A DNA stretch of 64,000 bases, taken from positions 1-64,000 of the forward strand of contig NZ_CANNES010000004.1 of the NCBI RefSeq assembly GCF_947503705.1, written 5' to 3'. A program made the translations under genes and the position numbers. Origin of the DNA: an uncultured Tateyamaria sp. (GTDB lineage Bacteria > Pseudomonadota > Alphaproteobacteria > Rhodobacterales > Rhodobacteraceae). The notes under the pieces are model-generated. The model was not told the origin of the DNA, did not search any database, and saw only the letters and a list, made by a program, of their open reading frames with translations. Below, piece by piece: positions 19,415 to 29,317 of this stretch; the stretch's first letter is position 1, and every line of letters begins with the position of its first letter.

Positions 19415-20067
19415 GCACCGGCACTTTCATCAGTTTTGAGGGGATCGACGGCTCGGGCAAGTCCACCCAGGCCCGCATGTTGGCCGATCACTTGCGCAGC
19501 AAAGGCCATGATGTCGTGCTAACCCGCGAGCCGGGTGGCTCACCGGGCGCTGAAGAAATCCGCGCGCTGGTGCTGCAAGGCGATCCGGACCGCTGGTCCG
19601 CCGAAACCGAATTGCTGCTCTTCACCGCCGCGCGGCGCGATCATATGGAGCGGTTGATCCTGCCCGCCCTGGCGCAGGGCAAGATCGTAATCTGCGACCG
19701 CTTTGCAGACAGCACGCGAATGTATCAGGGTCTCAGTCGCGGTGACTTGCGCGGTACAGTGGACGCCTTGCATACCTTGATGATCGGCCGCGAACCCGAT
19801 CTGACACTTCTGATCGACATGGACCCAGAACAAGGTCTGGCGCGCGCCAAGGGGCGACAGGGTAGCGAAGAGCGGTTTGAGGACTTTGGCACCGAATTGC
19901 AAACCAAGATGCGGGCCGGTTTCCTTGCCCTGGCCCAAGAATTCAACAGCCGTTTTCGGGTAATAGACGGCGCGCGTAACATCGAAGCTGTCGCCACAGA
20001 CGTAACAAACGCCGCACAAACACACCTCGCACGCAAAACCGACGCGTCCGCTTCTCTCAGCGAATAG
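19411..20067 (+). CDS. tmk: Thymidylate kinase
   Basis: 'FISFEGIDGSGKSTQARMLADHL...VLTREPGGSPGAEEIR' contains the P-loop and the Tmk signature. Its start overlaps the dacC stop. Confidence 0.9.
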   Translation: MSTGTFISFEGIDGSGKSTQARMLADHLRSKGHDVVLTREPGGSPGAEEIRALVLQGDPDRWSAETELLLFTAARRDHMERLILPALAQGKIVICDRFADSTRMYQGLSRGDLRGTVDALHTLMIGREPDLTLLIDMDPEQGLARAKGRQGSEERFEDFGTELQTKMRAGFLALAQEFNSRFRVIDGARNIEAVATDVTNAAQTHLARKTDASASLSE

Positions 20068-20210
20068 TATCCTCAGGTTTTGGGGAGTGGCCCCAATGCA
20101 CACCCTGTCGAAATGCACGCAATGAACTTCGCGTACCCTACACAACATGGGTTGCAAAGTTCATACGAATTTCCTGTCCCCCCGCCGCGCCGCAATGCTA
20201 CATCCCGCAC

Positions 20211-21329
20211 ATGGCAGACGACACCAATGACCCAACCCGCGTGCCCGGCGCACCGCATCCGCGTGAAACCAAGGCGTTGATCGGCCAAGACGCCGCCCAG
20301 GCTGCTTTTCTTGATGCATTCACCACCGGTCGCCTGCATCACGCCTGGCTGTTGACCGGCCCGCGCGGCGTGGGCAAGGCTACCTTGGCCTGGAAGATCG
20401 CGCAGTTCCTGCTTGCCACGCCGGACATTGACGCCGATGACATGTTTGGCGCGCCCGTTCCAACCTCGCTCGACATCGCCCCGGAACATCCTGTGGCCCA
20501 CAGGGTCGCGGCCGGGGCCGAGCCAGGTTTGAAATCCGTGCACCGTAGCGAAAATGAAAAAACCAAGCGGTTGCGCGATCAGATCACCATTGATGACATT
20601 CGCGCACTTGCCGGCTTCTTTCAGCTGTCGGCCACCGATGGGGGGCGCAGGGTCGTGATCATCGACGCGGCCGACGAGATGAACGCAAACGCCGCAAACG
20701 CCTTGCTCAAAATGCTCGAAGAACCGCCCGCTCGCACCACACTGTTGCTGGTCTGTCATCAACCCAGCCGCCTGCTGCCTACAATCCGCTCGCGTTGCCG
20801 CACTTTGCGGCTGGGTCCGCTGAACGCTGATCAAATGACCCACGCCATGGCCCAGGCGGGCGTTACCCCCGGCGCCGACAGCACCGCACTGGCAGAACTG
20901 AGTGCCGGTTCGGTGGGCGACGCGCTGCGCCTGGCCTTGCTGGACGGGTTGAAAATCTATGCCGAAGTGATCGCCCTCTTGGGCACCATGCCAAACCTGG
21001 ACCGAGCGCGCGCTTTGGCGCTGGCAGAGGCGGCGGCGCAGCGCGGTGCTGATCAACGGCTGGACTTGCTTTATACGCTGATCGACATCGCGCTGACGCG
21101 GCTTGCCCGGACCGGCGCGACCGGCCAGCCCCCCGCAGTCGAGGCAGCACCAAACGAGGCCGCAATCCTGACCCGACTGGCTGGCACGCAATCCCAGGCC
21201 CGCGCCTGGGCTGACACCGCGCAATCCGCGCTGGCACGGGCGCGTCATGGCCGGGCGGTCAATCTTGACCCCGCGGCCCTCGTGCTCGATACGCTGTTCA
21301 AGCTTCAGCAAACGGCGCCCCCGCGATGA
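20211..21329 (+). CDS. holB: DNA polymerase III subunit delta'
   Basis: 'HAWLLTGPRGVGKATLAWKIAQFLL' is the AAA+ clamp-loader motif. It sits in the conserved tmk-holB-tatD synteny. Confidence 0.85.
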   Translation: MADDTNDPTRVPGAPHPRETKALIGQDAAQAAFLDAFTTGRLHHAWLLTGPRGVGKATLAWKIAQFLLATPDIDADDMFGAPVPTSLDIAPEHPVAHRVAAGAEPGLKSVHRSENEKTKRLRDQITIDDIRALAGFFQLSATDGGRRVVIIDAADEMNANAANALLKMLEEPPARTTLLLVCHQPSRLLPTIRSRCRTLRLGPLNADQMTHAMAQAGVTPGADSTALAELSAGSVGDALRLALLDGLKIYAEVIALLGTMPNLDRARALALAEAAAQRGADQRLDLLYTLIDIALTRLARTGATGQPPAVEAAPNEAAILTRLAGTQSQARAWADTAQSALARARHGRAVNLDPAALVLDTLFKLQQTAPPR

Positions 21330-22129
21330 CCCCACCCGAGATTACCGACAGCCATTGCCACCTCGATTTCCCCGACTTCGAAGGGCAACTGGACACGTTC
21401 ATCGAAAATGCCGCCGCAGCAGGCGTCACGCGCATGGTCACGATCTGCACCAAGCTGAAAAACGAACCCAATGTGCGCGCTATTGCCGAAGCGCACGCAC
21501 CGGTTTTCTACGCCGCAGGCACCCACCCGATGAGTGCCGCCAGCGAACCTTTGGCCAGTGTGGAAGAGCTGATCACCCTGTCGCGGCACGGCAAATTCGT
21601 CGGGATCGGTGAGACGGGGCTCGATTACCACTACACTGCCGACAGCGCGGACATCCAACAGCAATCGCTGCGCATCCATATCGCTGCGGCCCGCCAAACG
21701 GGCTTGCCACTGATCATTCATGCCCGCGCCGCCGATAAAGACATGGCCCAAATCCTGTCCGAGGAATACCAAAACGGCGCTTACACCTGTGTCATGCACT
21801 GCTTTTCCTCGACCCAGGCGCTGGCCCACGCAGCCCTCGATCTGGGCTTTTACCTCAGCATGTCCGGCATTGCCGCGTTCCCCAAAAGCCAGGAACTGCG
21901 CGACATCTTTGCCAGCGCACCTATCGACCGGATCCTGATCGAAACCGACGCGCCCTATCTGGCACCGCCTCCCTACCGGGGTAAGCGGAACCAACCCGCT
22001 TATGTGGCGCACACTGCCCAAAAAGGGGCCGAGATTTTCGGCCTTGGCTATGCCGAATTTGCGGCACAGACGCAAAAGAACTTCGACCGCTTGTTCTCCA
22101 AGGCGGCCGCGTACAAAGTAAGCGCATGA
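21326..22129 (+). CDS. tatD: TatD-family metal-dependent hydrolase/DNase
   Basis: 'ITDSHCHLDFPDF...' HxH motif, plus 'IGETGLDYHY' and 'IIHARAAD'. ATGA overlap with holB. Confidence 0.9.
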   Translation: MTPPEITDSHCHLDFPDFEGQLDTFIENAAAAGVTRMVTICTKLKNEPNVRAIAEAHAPVFYAAGTHPMSAASEPLASVEELITLSRHGKFVGIGETGLDYHYTADSADIQQQSLRIHIAAARQTGLPLIIHARAADKDMAQILSEEYQNGAYTCVMHCFSSTQALAHAALDLGFYLSMSGIAAFPKSQELRDIFASAPIDRILIETDAPYLAPPPYRGKRNQPAYVAHTAQKGAEIFGLGYAEFAAQTQKNFDRLFSKAAAYKVSA

Positions 22130-22929
22130 CCGACACGCTGACCTTCACGATCCTGGGCTGCGGCTCTTCCGGGGGTGTCCCACGCTTGGGCGGGCATTGG
22201 GGGGATTGCGACCCGGCGAACCCGAAAAACCGGCGGCAACGCTGCTCGCTTTTGGTGGAACGGTCCGGGCCCGATGGCACGACCTCCGTTCTTATCGACA
22301 CGTCACCTGACCTGCGCAACCAGTTGCTGACGGCCGAGGTCGGACGCCTCGACGGGGTCATCTATACGCACGCCCATGCCGACCATGTGCACGGGATCGA
22401 TGATCTGCGAATGGTTGTCTTCAACATGCGCGCACGGCTTCAGGTCTGGGCCGACGGCCCGACCCAAGACGCGCTGCTCAGCCGCTTTGGCTATGTCTTT
22501 GTCCAGCCCAAAGGGTCGCCCTACCCACCAATCCTGGAACTGAACACCATTGACGGAAACGTTACCATCGACGGCACGGGTGGGCCAATCACGCTCCAAC
22601 CCTTTGAAGTCGGACATGGCAGCATCGACGCCCTGGGCTTTCGGATCAACGATGTGGCCTACCTGCCCGACGTGGCCGACATTCCCGACACCGGCTGGGC
22701 CAAGTTGCAAGGGCTGGACTGCTGGATCGTGGACGCGTTGCGTCGTGACCCGCACCCCACCCACAGCCACCTGTCCAACACGCTGGACTGGATCGGACGG
22801 GCCGAACCAAAGCGGGCGGTGCTGACCAACATGCATATTGATCTGGACTATGACACTGTCCTTGCCGAAACCCCTGACCACATTGAACCCGCCTATGACG
22901 GCATGAAGCTGAGCTTTCCCGTCCGGTAA
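22126..22929 (+). CDS. MBL-fold metallo-hydrolase (PhnP/GloB-like)
   Basis: 'VIYTHAHADHVHGIDDL' is the HxHxDH motif. ATGA overlap with tatD. Confidence 0.85.
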   Translation: MTDTLTFTILGCGSSGGVPRLGGHWGDCDPANPKNRRQRCSLLVERSGPDGTTSVLIDTSPDLRNQLLTAEVGRLDGVIYTHAHADHVHGIDDLRMVVFNMRARLQVWADGPTQDALLSRFGYVFVQPKGSPYPPILELNTIDGNVTIDGTGGPITLQPFEVGHGSIDALGFRINDVAYLPDVADIPDTGWAKLQGLDCWIVDALRRDPHPTHSHLSNTLDWIGRAEPKRAVLTNMHIDLDYDTVLAETPDHIEPAYDGMKLSFPVR

Positions 22930-22994
22930 CGTCTCTGTTCCAAAAAATCCCCGCCGGAGGCATTTGCCGCTTCCGCACGCGCAAAGGCCCGATC

Positions 22995-23924
22995 ATGCAA
23001 GCGCTTCTCGACGTCATCCTGCCTGTCTTTCTGGTGATAGGCTTTGGCTATGTCGCCGTATGGAAGGGGCTTTTTCCGGCAACGGGCGTAGATGCGCTGA
23101 TGAAATTCACCCAGCAATTTGCGATCCCTTGCCTGCTCTTTTCCGCCATCGCCAAGCTTGACCTGTCGGCCAGCTTGGACGCGCGCCTGTTGATCAGCTT
23201 TTATGCGGGCGCGGCATCCGGGTTTTTCTTGGGCTTTGCGGGCGCTCGGATCCTCTTCAAGCGCGATTGGGAGGATTGCGTGGCCATCGGCTTTTGCTGC
23301 CTCTTTTCCAACTCTGTCCTTCTGGGGCTGGCCATCAACGAACGCGCTTACGGTCAAGAGGCATTGGCCGGGGCCTATGCTATCATCGCATTTCATTCGC
23401 CCTTTTGCTACGGCCTTGGCATCACGGCAATGGAGATCGCGCGCAATCGGGGCCAGTCGCCGCTGGTCATGGCGCGCGGTGTTGCCCGGGCCATGTTCCG
23501 CAATGCGCTGGTTCTGGCGATTGCCGCAGGCTTTATCGTGAACCTTACCGGTCTGGTGTTGCCCAACGTGCTGAACGACGCGCTTGATCTGGTGATCCGT
23601 GCCGCCTTGCCCACCGCGCTTTTTGCCCTTGGCGGCGTGCTGATCCAGTACAAGCCCGAAGGCGACGCGCGGGTCATTGCCATGGTCTGCGCCATCTCAC
23701 TGATTGCACATCCCGCAATCACATGGATGCTGGGAACGTCCCTTTCAGTACCCCGTGATGTCTTCAATCCGGGCGTGTTGACGGCTGCCATGGCACCGGG
23801 CGTAAACGCCTATATTTTTGCCAATATGTATGGCCGGGCGCGTCGGGTGGCTGCGTCATCGGTTTTGGTGGCGACAGCGGCATCGGTGATTACGGCGTGG
23901 CTGTGGTTGATGGTTCTGGGATAG
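22995..23924 (+). CDS. AEC-family (auxin efflux carrier-like) membrane transporter
   Basis: The protein is polytopic over 309 aa. 'MQALLDVILPVFLVIGFGYVAVWKGLF' is typical of the AEC/malate-permease family N-terminus. Confidence 0.75.
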   Translation: MQALLDVILPVFLVIGFGYVAVWKGLFPATGVDALMKFTQQFAIPCLLFSAIAKLDLSASLDARLLISFYAGAASGFFLGFAGARILFKRDWEDCVAIGFCCLFSNSVLLGLAINERAYGQEALAGAYAIIAFHSPFCYGLGITAMEIARNRGQSPLVMARGVARAMFRNALVLAIAAGFIVNLTGLVLPNVLNDALDLVIRAALPTALFALGGVLIQYKPEGDARVIAMVCAISLIAHPAITWMLGTSLSVPRDVFNPGVLTAAMAPGVNAYIFANMYGRARRVAASSVLVATAASVITAWLWLMVLG

Positions 23925-24801
23925 ACAGCCGCGCGCGACGCGCCCGCGCCAGTTGTGCATTGAGGGCCGCGCCCAACAGCACCAGATAGGCGCTGATGAA
24001 CAACCACATGAGCATCGCGATCACCGCCCCGATGGAACCATAGACCTCGTTATAGGTCCCGAAATTTTGCAGGTAGACCGAAAACCCGACCGACGCGCCG
24101 ACCCAGCCGATCGCAGCAAAGACAACACCGGGAGAGATCAGGCGGGGCCGCGCGGCACCCAGATTTGGACCCAAGCGGTAGATTAGCGCAAAGCCCGCCA
24201 ACAGCACACCGATCCCCACGACCCATCGCAGAACCTCGACCCCAAAGACAGCCCAGGCGCCAAGGGGCACAAAGGCCAGCACGAGGGGCAGCACCACAAT
24301 ACAGGCCATCGCGACCAGCACGACGCCCATCAGGCTCAGCGTCAGTAACAGCGCACGCAGGTAATGCGCAAAGCCACTGCGGTTCGGCGCTTCATAGATC
24401 GCGTTCAATCCCCGGATCAGGGCGGCAACCCCGGCCCGCGCAGACCACAGCGCCAGCCCAAAAGACAGCACCGACGCCCAGCCCAACGTCAGCCCGTCAG
24501 TCGTTGCCAGCCGTACCAACTGCCCCGCCAGCAAACTGTAAACATCCGCCGGGATCAGCGCCTGAAACTCCTCTAGCTGCGTTAGGGCAAAGGCCGGATC
24601 GCCCACCAAGCCCCAAAGCGCAATAGTGGCGGCAAGCCCCGGAAAGACTGAAAGGATCGCATAAAACGCGACGCCTGCCGAAATTAGCCCAAGGTTCTTT
24701 TCATCAATAATCTGAAAGAGTTGCCGCAGTGCCTGCCACCAGACACGTGGGTCCAAAGGCGGGCGGGCCTGCAAAACGGGGTCAGACATGAAACAAGGCA
24801 C
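23890..24801 (-). CDS. YihY/BrkB-family inner-membrane protein
   Basis: 'GLISAGVAFYAILSVFPGLAATIALWGLVGDP' is the YihY signature. It is convergent with the AEC gene and overlaps it. Confidence 0.8.
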   Translation of the reverse strand: MPCFMSDPVLQARPPLDPRVWWQALRQLFQIIDEKNLGLISAGVAFYAILSVFPGLAATIALWGLVGDPAFALTQLEEFQALIPADVYSLLAGQLVRLATTDGLTLGWASVLSFGLALWSARAGVAALIRGLNAIYEAPNRSGFAHYLRALLLTLSLMGVVLVAMACIVVLPLVLAFVPLGAWAVFGVEVLRWVVGIGVLLAGFALIYRLGPNLGAARPRLISPGVVFAAIGWVGASVGFSVYLQNFGTYNEVYGSIGAVIAMLMWLFISAYLVLLGAALNAQLARARRARLSIPEPSTTATP

Positions 24802-24870
24802 GAACAGAGGTAAACATGCGTGCGATTGTGACGACCCGCCACCAAATTGGCAAACCGTTTGCCGGATCGG

Positions 24871-25059
24871 CTAGCGCATGCGCCGGGGCCGCGGGTCAGA
24901 GGCGGACAGCAACAACAATCCCACCAGCGGCGTCAAGATCAGCGAGGTAAAGAAATAGGTCCAGCCGCCCAATTTCCGGTTGCGGCCCAACAGACCAAAG
25001 AATGCGGCAATCGAGATATAGATCACTGCGATCCAGATCGTACTGACGTGAATAACCAT
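24871..25059 (-). CDS. Small membrane protein (62 aa)
   Basis: ATG at 25059 has a GGAGA Shine-Dalgarno. 'MVIHVSTIWIAVIYISIAAFFGLLGRNRKLGGWTYFFTSLILTPLVGLLLL' has two TM helices. Confidence 0.5.
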   Translation of the reverse strand: MVIHVSTIWIAVIYISIAAFFGLLGRNRKLGGWTYFFTSLILTPLVGLLLLSASDPRPRRMR

Positions 25060-25072
25060 ATGTGTTCTCCCC

Positions 25073-26209
25073 TTAGTCGGTGACCTGCGGTTGGGCGGCG
25101 ATGCGCCGGATCGTGATCGGCTTGGACGTGATGCGCCCATGTGCGTCAAACACGTGAGCGCCAGTTTCGCCCTCGAATGTCAGAATCGTGCGGAGCCCCG
25201 AAGCGATCAAGGCAGGGTCCGTCGTACGCAATTCATCCGCGGCCGCCGCGATCATATGCACCGCATCAAACCCTTGTTCGGCCCACAGCGTCTTCGCTCC
25301 CGAAAAAGCCTGGTCCATCCGACTTTCAAACCCTGGCACGTATAGGCGCAGATTTGGCGTGTTGGTGACCGGGTCAAGCACGGCAAAGCGCGTGGGGTGC
25401 CCCAGAACCACCGCTTGCGTCATCCCGATCAGGGCCATCTGATCGACAGCCGCCTGCAATTCCTCGCCCTCCAGCAGCAGGACCAGACCTTCAGCACCCA
25501 GATCGGACAGCGCGGTCAACTCGGTCAGATATCCGCCTTGCGCCGAGGCCCGCGTGCGATCGAACACCACTTCGATGTCGCGGGCCGCCGCCGCATCCGC
25601 AATTGCCACGCGCAGCTCCAACCCAGCCCGGGACCGATCCCCAAGGATCGCCAACGTGCGCATCTCTTGGTCTGCCAGCCCGCTCACAATGCCCGCGCCC
25701 AGCATTTCAAGTGTGGGCAAGGTCGAAATGGAGTGGCGAAAGCTAGGTTTGCCAACCCCGGTGTCAAAAACCAGCGCATTGATGTGCACGATACCGGCAT
25801 CATTGAAAAAGGCGCGCGCAAGGTTCAACGCTGACCTGTCGCGGTGGCCGATGGCTGCAATGGTATGATCCTTGTGCACCTTGCGCCGGGCTGCCAGGTT
25901 GCGATCCGCCTCGCGCCAACTCAGGTCCGTTTCATCGACCTCGATCAATTCAAGCGGGCTGTCAGCGATGCCACCCCTGGCGTTCACCTCGGCCACCGCT
26001 TGGCGCGCGCCATCCAGAAAGCCGGGATAGGTCTCCTCGTCATAAAACAGACCGATGGCGTAACGCTCTTGCGGCTCCGTCAGGTGGGGCGGCTCGGGCT
26101 TCACCCAAAAGCTCTGAGTGCCAATGTTGAGGCCGAAATTGACCAACCCCGTCCATTGCAGGATCAGAATAGACACCAGTGCGATTGCAATGATGCGCAG
26201 CCGGGTCAC
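25073..26209 (-). CDS. Membrane-anchored periplasmic-binding-protein-like (type I PBP, Leu/Ile/Val-binding-like) protein
   Basis: GTG start overlapping the upstream gene's stop (GTGA). One N-terminal TM helix is followed by a PBP-like fold with an 'AIGHRDRSALNLARAFFNDAGIVHIN' pattern. Confidence 0.6.
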   Translation of the reverse strand: MTRLRIIAIALVSILILQWTGLVNFGLNIGTQSFWVKPEPPHLTEPQERYAIGLFYDEETYPGFLDGARQAVAEVNARGGIADSPLELIEVDETDLSWREADRNLAARRKVHKDHTIAAIGHRDRSALNLARAFFNDAGIVHINALVFDTGVGKPSFRHSISTLPTLEMLGAGIVSGLADQEMRTLAILGDRSRAGLELRVAIADAAAARDIEVVFDRTRASAQGGYLTELTALSDLGAEGLVLLLEGEELQAAVDQMALIGMTQAVVLGHPTRFAVLDPVTNTPNLRLYVPGFESRMDQAFSGAKTLWAEQGFDAVHMIAAAADELRTTDPALIASGLRTILTFEGETGAHVFDAHGRITSKPITIRRIAAQPQVTD

Positions 26210-27570
26210 GGCAACATGTCCAACGGTGCCTGCAGGAACTCGGCCGCCGTCAAGGCCCGTCCCCCAACTTTGGCCCGAGGCGAGTTGTTGTTTGACGGCA
26301 AAAGCGTGCCCTCAATCGGTTGCGGCGTGACCCCATGCGGCTCAAACAGCGGATCGGGCTTCAACTCATAACGGGGCGCAGGTGTGGTGCCCGGTGTGAA
26401 AAAACCCGGCGCAACACCTGCGACCGAAGAGCGGTCCTGCTCAAACACATGACGGTTGCGGCGGCTGGGTTCCAGCAAATCCTCTGCATCGGGAAAGGCG
26501 ACAACCTGATCGCCGTCAAGTTCGGGCTGCGGTTGCTCGATCTCGCGCACGGTATCGGCCACCTGATCGCGGATCGCAGGCAGCGCAGGGGTCGGCGCGA
26601 TAGCAGCAGGAGCGGTAGCCGGGGCCGTTGGCGCCAAAAGAGCAGTATCGGCAGGCGGCGGCGCCGTTTGCACCGTGTCAGGGCCAAGGATCAAAGGCAG
26701 GCCTTTGTCACCTGACCCAATCACGACCACCTTGGAATTATTGGATTTGGCCAGATCAACCGTCGCCTGAATACCCCGCCACGTCAAAAGCTGGTCATTC
26801 AGCGTCTCATTGACTGTCGCCTGATAGTCGCGGATCCCTTCGGCCTCTATGCGCAGGCGCTGCGCTTCCTGCTCTTGGGTGCCAAGGCGGAATACGTAGG
26901 CCGCTTCGCGTTGTTGATGCACCAGCTTTTCGGTGATGGCCGCCGAAATCTCTGCGGGCAAGACCACTTCGCGGATGATCACGTCGTTGATCTTGACGTA
27001 GCGCTGTCCAACCTCTTCTGCGGCATCCGCCAAAACACTGGTCAGAATGCCCGCCTCGTTATTGTAGATGTCCTCAGGATGTTCGGCCCCCAACCGTTTC
27101 CTGAGCACGCTTTCAATCTGATAAACGATGATGGTTTCAGCGTAATTGGGGCCCACATGTTTATGTAGCTGGCCGATCATATCTGGTTCGGGACGAAAGC
27201 GGATGGCCAAACGCAGGGTCACGGGCAACCCTTCCTGCGTCAGGACGGTAAAGTCGTGCAGGATGGTCTGAATGCGGATGTTATACACATAAAGCGTGTC
27301 CCAGGGATATTTGACATGCACCCCTTCGCCATAGACGCGGTCAACCATCGTACCGCCGCTCAGCGGCTTGAAAATCACGCCTGCCGCGCCGGCGGGGATC
27401 ATACGGACGATCGCTGGATAAAGCGCTGATAATAGTAGAATGAACAGGATCAGGAAAATGATCGTGCCCTGCCCGATCCGCTCGAACAGTCGCACGAAAA
27501 ATCCCACGACCGGATAGCGGTCGCGCAGTCGCTCGCCTTCCGGCGAAATCTCACCCTCTGAGACGTTCAC
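26206..27570 (-). CDS. SPFH/band-7 (prohibitin/HflKC-like) domain membrane protein
   Basis: An N-terminal TM helix, then the SPFH domain ('YNIRIQTILHDFTVLTQEGLPVTLRLAIRFRP...') and a coiled-coil 'QQREAAYVFRLGTQEQEAQRLRIEAEGIRDYQ'. The C-terminal tail is Pro/Ala-rich. Confidence 0.8.
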   Translation of the reverse strand: MNVSEGEISPEGERLRDRYPVVGFFVRLFERIGQGTIIFLILFILLLSALYPAIVRMIPAGAAGVIFKPLSGGTMVDRVYGEGVHVKYPWDTLYVYNIRIQTILHDFTVLTQEGLPVTLRLAIRFRPEPDMIGQLHKHVGPNYAETIIVYQIESVLRKRLGAEHPEDIYNNEAGILTSVLADAAEEVGQRYVKINDVIIREVVLPAEISAAITEKLVHQQREAAYVFRLGTQEQEAQRLRIEAEGIRDYQATVNETLNDQLLTWRGIQATVDLAKSNNSKVVVIGSGDKGLPLILGPDTVQTAPPPADTALLAPTAPATAPAAIAPTPALPAIRDQVADTVREIEQPQPELDGDQVVAFPDAEDLLEPSRRNRHVFEQDRSSVAGVAPGFFTPGTTPAPRYELKPDPLFEPHGVTPQPIEGTLLPSNNNSPRAKVGGRALTAAEFLQAPLDMLP

Positions 27571-27650
27571 AGGCCTTCCCCCACATCAAAGGCTGCCGCC
27601 GAACCCGGCGGCAGCCCCAGCCTTTTGCCGGATTGGCAGCTATTGGCGTG

Positions 27651-28367
27651 TTACGCGGGCTGTGCGGCGCCGGTGTCCACTTCGACATCAGACCCTTTTT
27701 TGCCCGATGCTACCAAATCCTTGGCCCGGGACAGCGAGGCCTTGGCAACCTCTTTGCCCTTATGGAACTGCTCGCGGAAACCCGCGCGCAATGCGGACAT
27801 CTCCACATCTGTCAGGTCCCCACCCCGATCCAGATGCGCCGACAGTACCTTACCTGACGCGTAAGTCGCGGCACCGGCCAGCAGAACCATACCCGCCGTG
27901 CCACCCAGCGTGCCGACAAAGGGAATGGATTTGGCCAGGCTGGCCGCGCTCAAGCCCAGCGCGACAGGAGCCACGCCCCCGATCAGCGACACAATGAGGC
28001 GCTGCGCCAGCTTGTCGTTGAACGACACGCCATAAAGGTTGGTCAGGCTGTGCACCATCTTGACCTGCAGGGCGACAATCGCCGCCGCATCGAAGGCAGG
28101 CACAGGCACCAGTGCCACGGCCATTGAGCCGATGACAAAGGTCTTGATCAGGCTTTCAATTTCAGCCTCGGAGGGCAGTTCGACAACGGCCACCTCTTCG
28201 CCTTCGTTTGTACCAGCCTCTGCTTCAACGGCTTTGCGCGCAGCGGCGGCCATTGTCTCTTCGGTCTCTTCTGTTGTTTCTGATGTGCTTTCCACCTGAT
28301 CACCACTGTCTTTTGCGGCAGCGCTGCTTTTGGTGCTCCGGCTCTTTGATTTTGGAGAGTTCGCCAT
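27651..28367 (-). CDS. DUF697 (YcjF-like) domain protein with an acidic low-complexity N-terminus
   Basis: Starting from ATG 28367: 'MANSPKSKSRSTKSS...ETTEETEET...' then 'IVALQVKMVHSLTNLYGVSFNDKLAQRLIVSLIGGVAPVALGL...'. This resembles the DUF697 membrane-associated domain. Confidence 0.5.
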   Translation of the reverse strand: MANSPKSKSRSTKSSAAAKDSGDQVESTSETTEETEETMAAAARKAVEAEAGTNEGEEVAVVELPSEAEIESLIKTFVIGSMAVALVPVPAFDAAAIVALQVKMVHSLTNLYGVSFNDKLAQRLIVSLIGGVAPVALGLSAASLAKSIPFVGTLGGTAGMVLLAGAATYASGKVLSAHLDRGGDLTDVEMSALRAGFREQFHKGKEVAKASLSRAKDLVASGKKGSDVEVDTGAAQPA

Positions 28368-28474
28368 TTTCAATCCCAGACATTCATAAAATAATGCTCC
28401 AACCATACACCAAATGCGCGAATCATCTAGCTTCTTATTCTTGTATGGGTGGAAAAAACGGGGCCGCGCTGGGG

Positions 28475-29317
28475 TTAAGCGCCTGATTCTTGACCATTCG
28501 TCGCCCAAAGCTCGCTTTCGCGCGCGATGTTGAGAAGCAAAACTCCGATCCGGTCCAGAAACAGCATCACGAAGGCCACGAGTGTCAGTGACGCTGGCGG
28601 GGTGGACGAAAAGACCGGCAGCACAAACAGCGCAGAAAACAACACTGCATACCAACGCAAACGGCTCCAGAGTGTCATGCGCCAGGCCGTTTGCTCTGCC
28701 GCGACCGCATGTTTACCCGCTGTAACCAAATCCTGGCGCATGTCGCGGCGCACCCATTCCAGCACCTCTTCACGCCACGCCTGGGCAGATGCACCTGCCC
28801 CCCCGAGCGACGCCGCCTGCGCCGCCACGTGGTGCTGCAATGCCAATTCGGCCTGCGCATGACGCCGCGCGGTGACAGTACTGGGCACCAAGGCCTGCCA
28901 AAACGCGATCGCCAGCCCGATGGTGATGGCAAAAAGGACAAAGCTCTGCACAAACAACAAAAGGGCAAACACGATAACGTATGTCATGGCGCTGACAATT
29001 TGCACCTGTGCGGCCGCCCACGGGGCGTCCGGCACGTCCATCTCAGTCAGGTCTTGCACCAGTTTATTGCAAGCCCGCGTCATCAACGCGGTGACACAGA
29101 CCAACAGGACAAAAGTGGCCAGAAACGTCCAAAAACCTCCCGGAACCATGCCCCGTTGCGCCAGGCTGATCACGGCCCATGTGAGCTGCACCAGCGACAA
29201 GGCAAGGATCAGGGCCGCCGCCGCCGATAGAGCCAACAGATTCAGCGTTGCGCGCGGCGCGCTCAGCATCATGTTTTGAACCATCGACACCAGCATCACG
29301 CTCGCGCCCCGGTCCAT
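28475..29317 (-). CDS. Polytopic membrane protein, hypothetical
   Basis: 280 aa with about 6 predicted TM segments. It overlaps the upstream gene by 22 bp, so an operon is likely. Confidence 0.5.
   Translation of the reverse strand: MDRGASVMLVSMVQNMMLSAPRATLNLLALSAAAALILALSLVQLTWAVISLAQRGMVPGGFWTFLATFVLLVCVTALMTRACNKLVQDLTEMDVPDAPWAAAQVQIVSAMTYVIVFALLLFVQSFVLFAITIGLAIAFWQALVPSTVTARRHAQAELALQHHVAAQAASLGGAGASAQAWREEVLEWVRRDMRQDLVTAGKHAVAAEQTAWRMTLWSRLRWYAVLFSALFVLPVFSSTPPASLTLVAFVMLFLDRIGVLLLNIARESELWATNGQESGA

Noticed and set aside
20073-21335. 420-aa minus-strand ORF opposite holB
   Set aside because: holB fits the conserved tmk-holB-tatD synteny and contains an AAA+ motif. The antisense ORF is an artefact.
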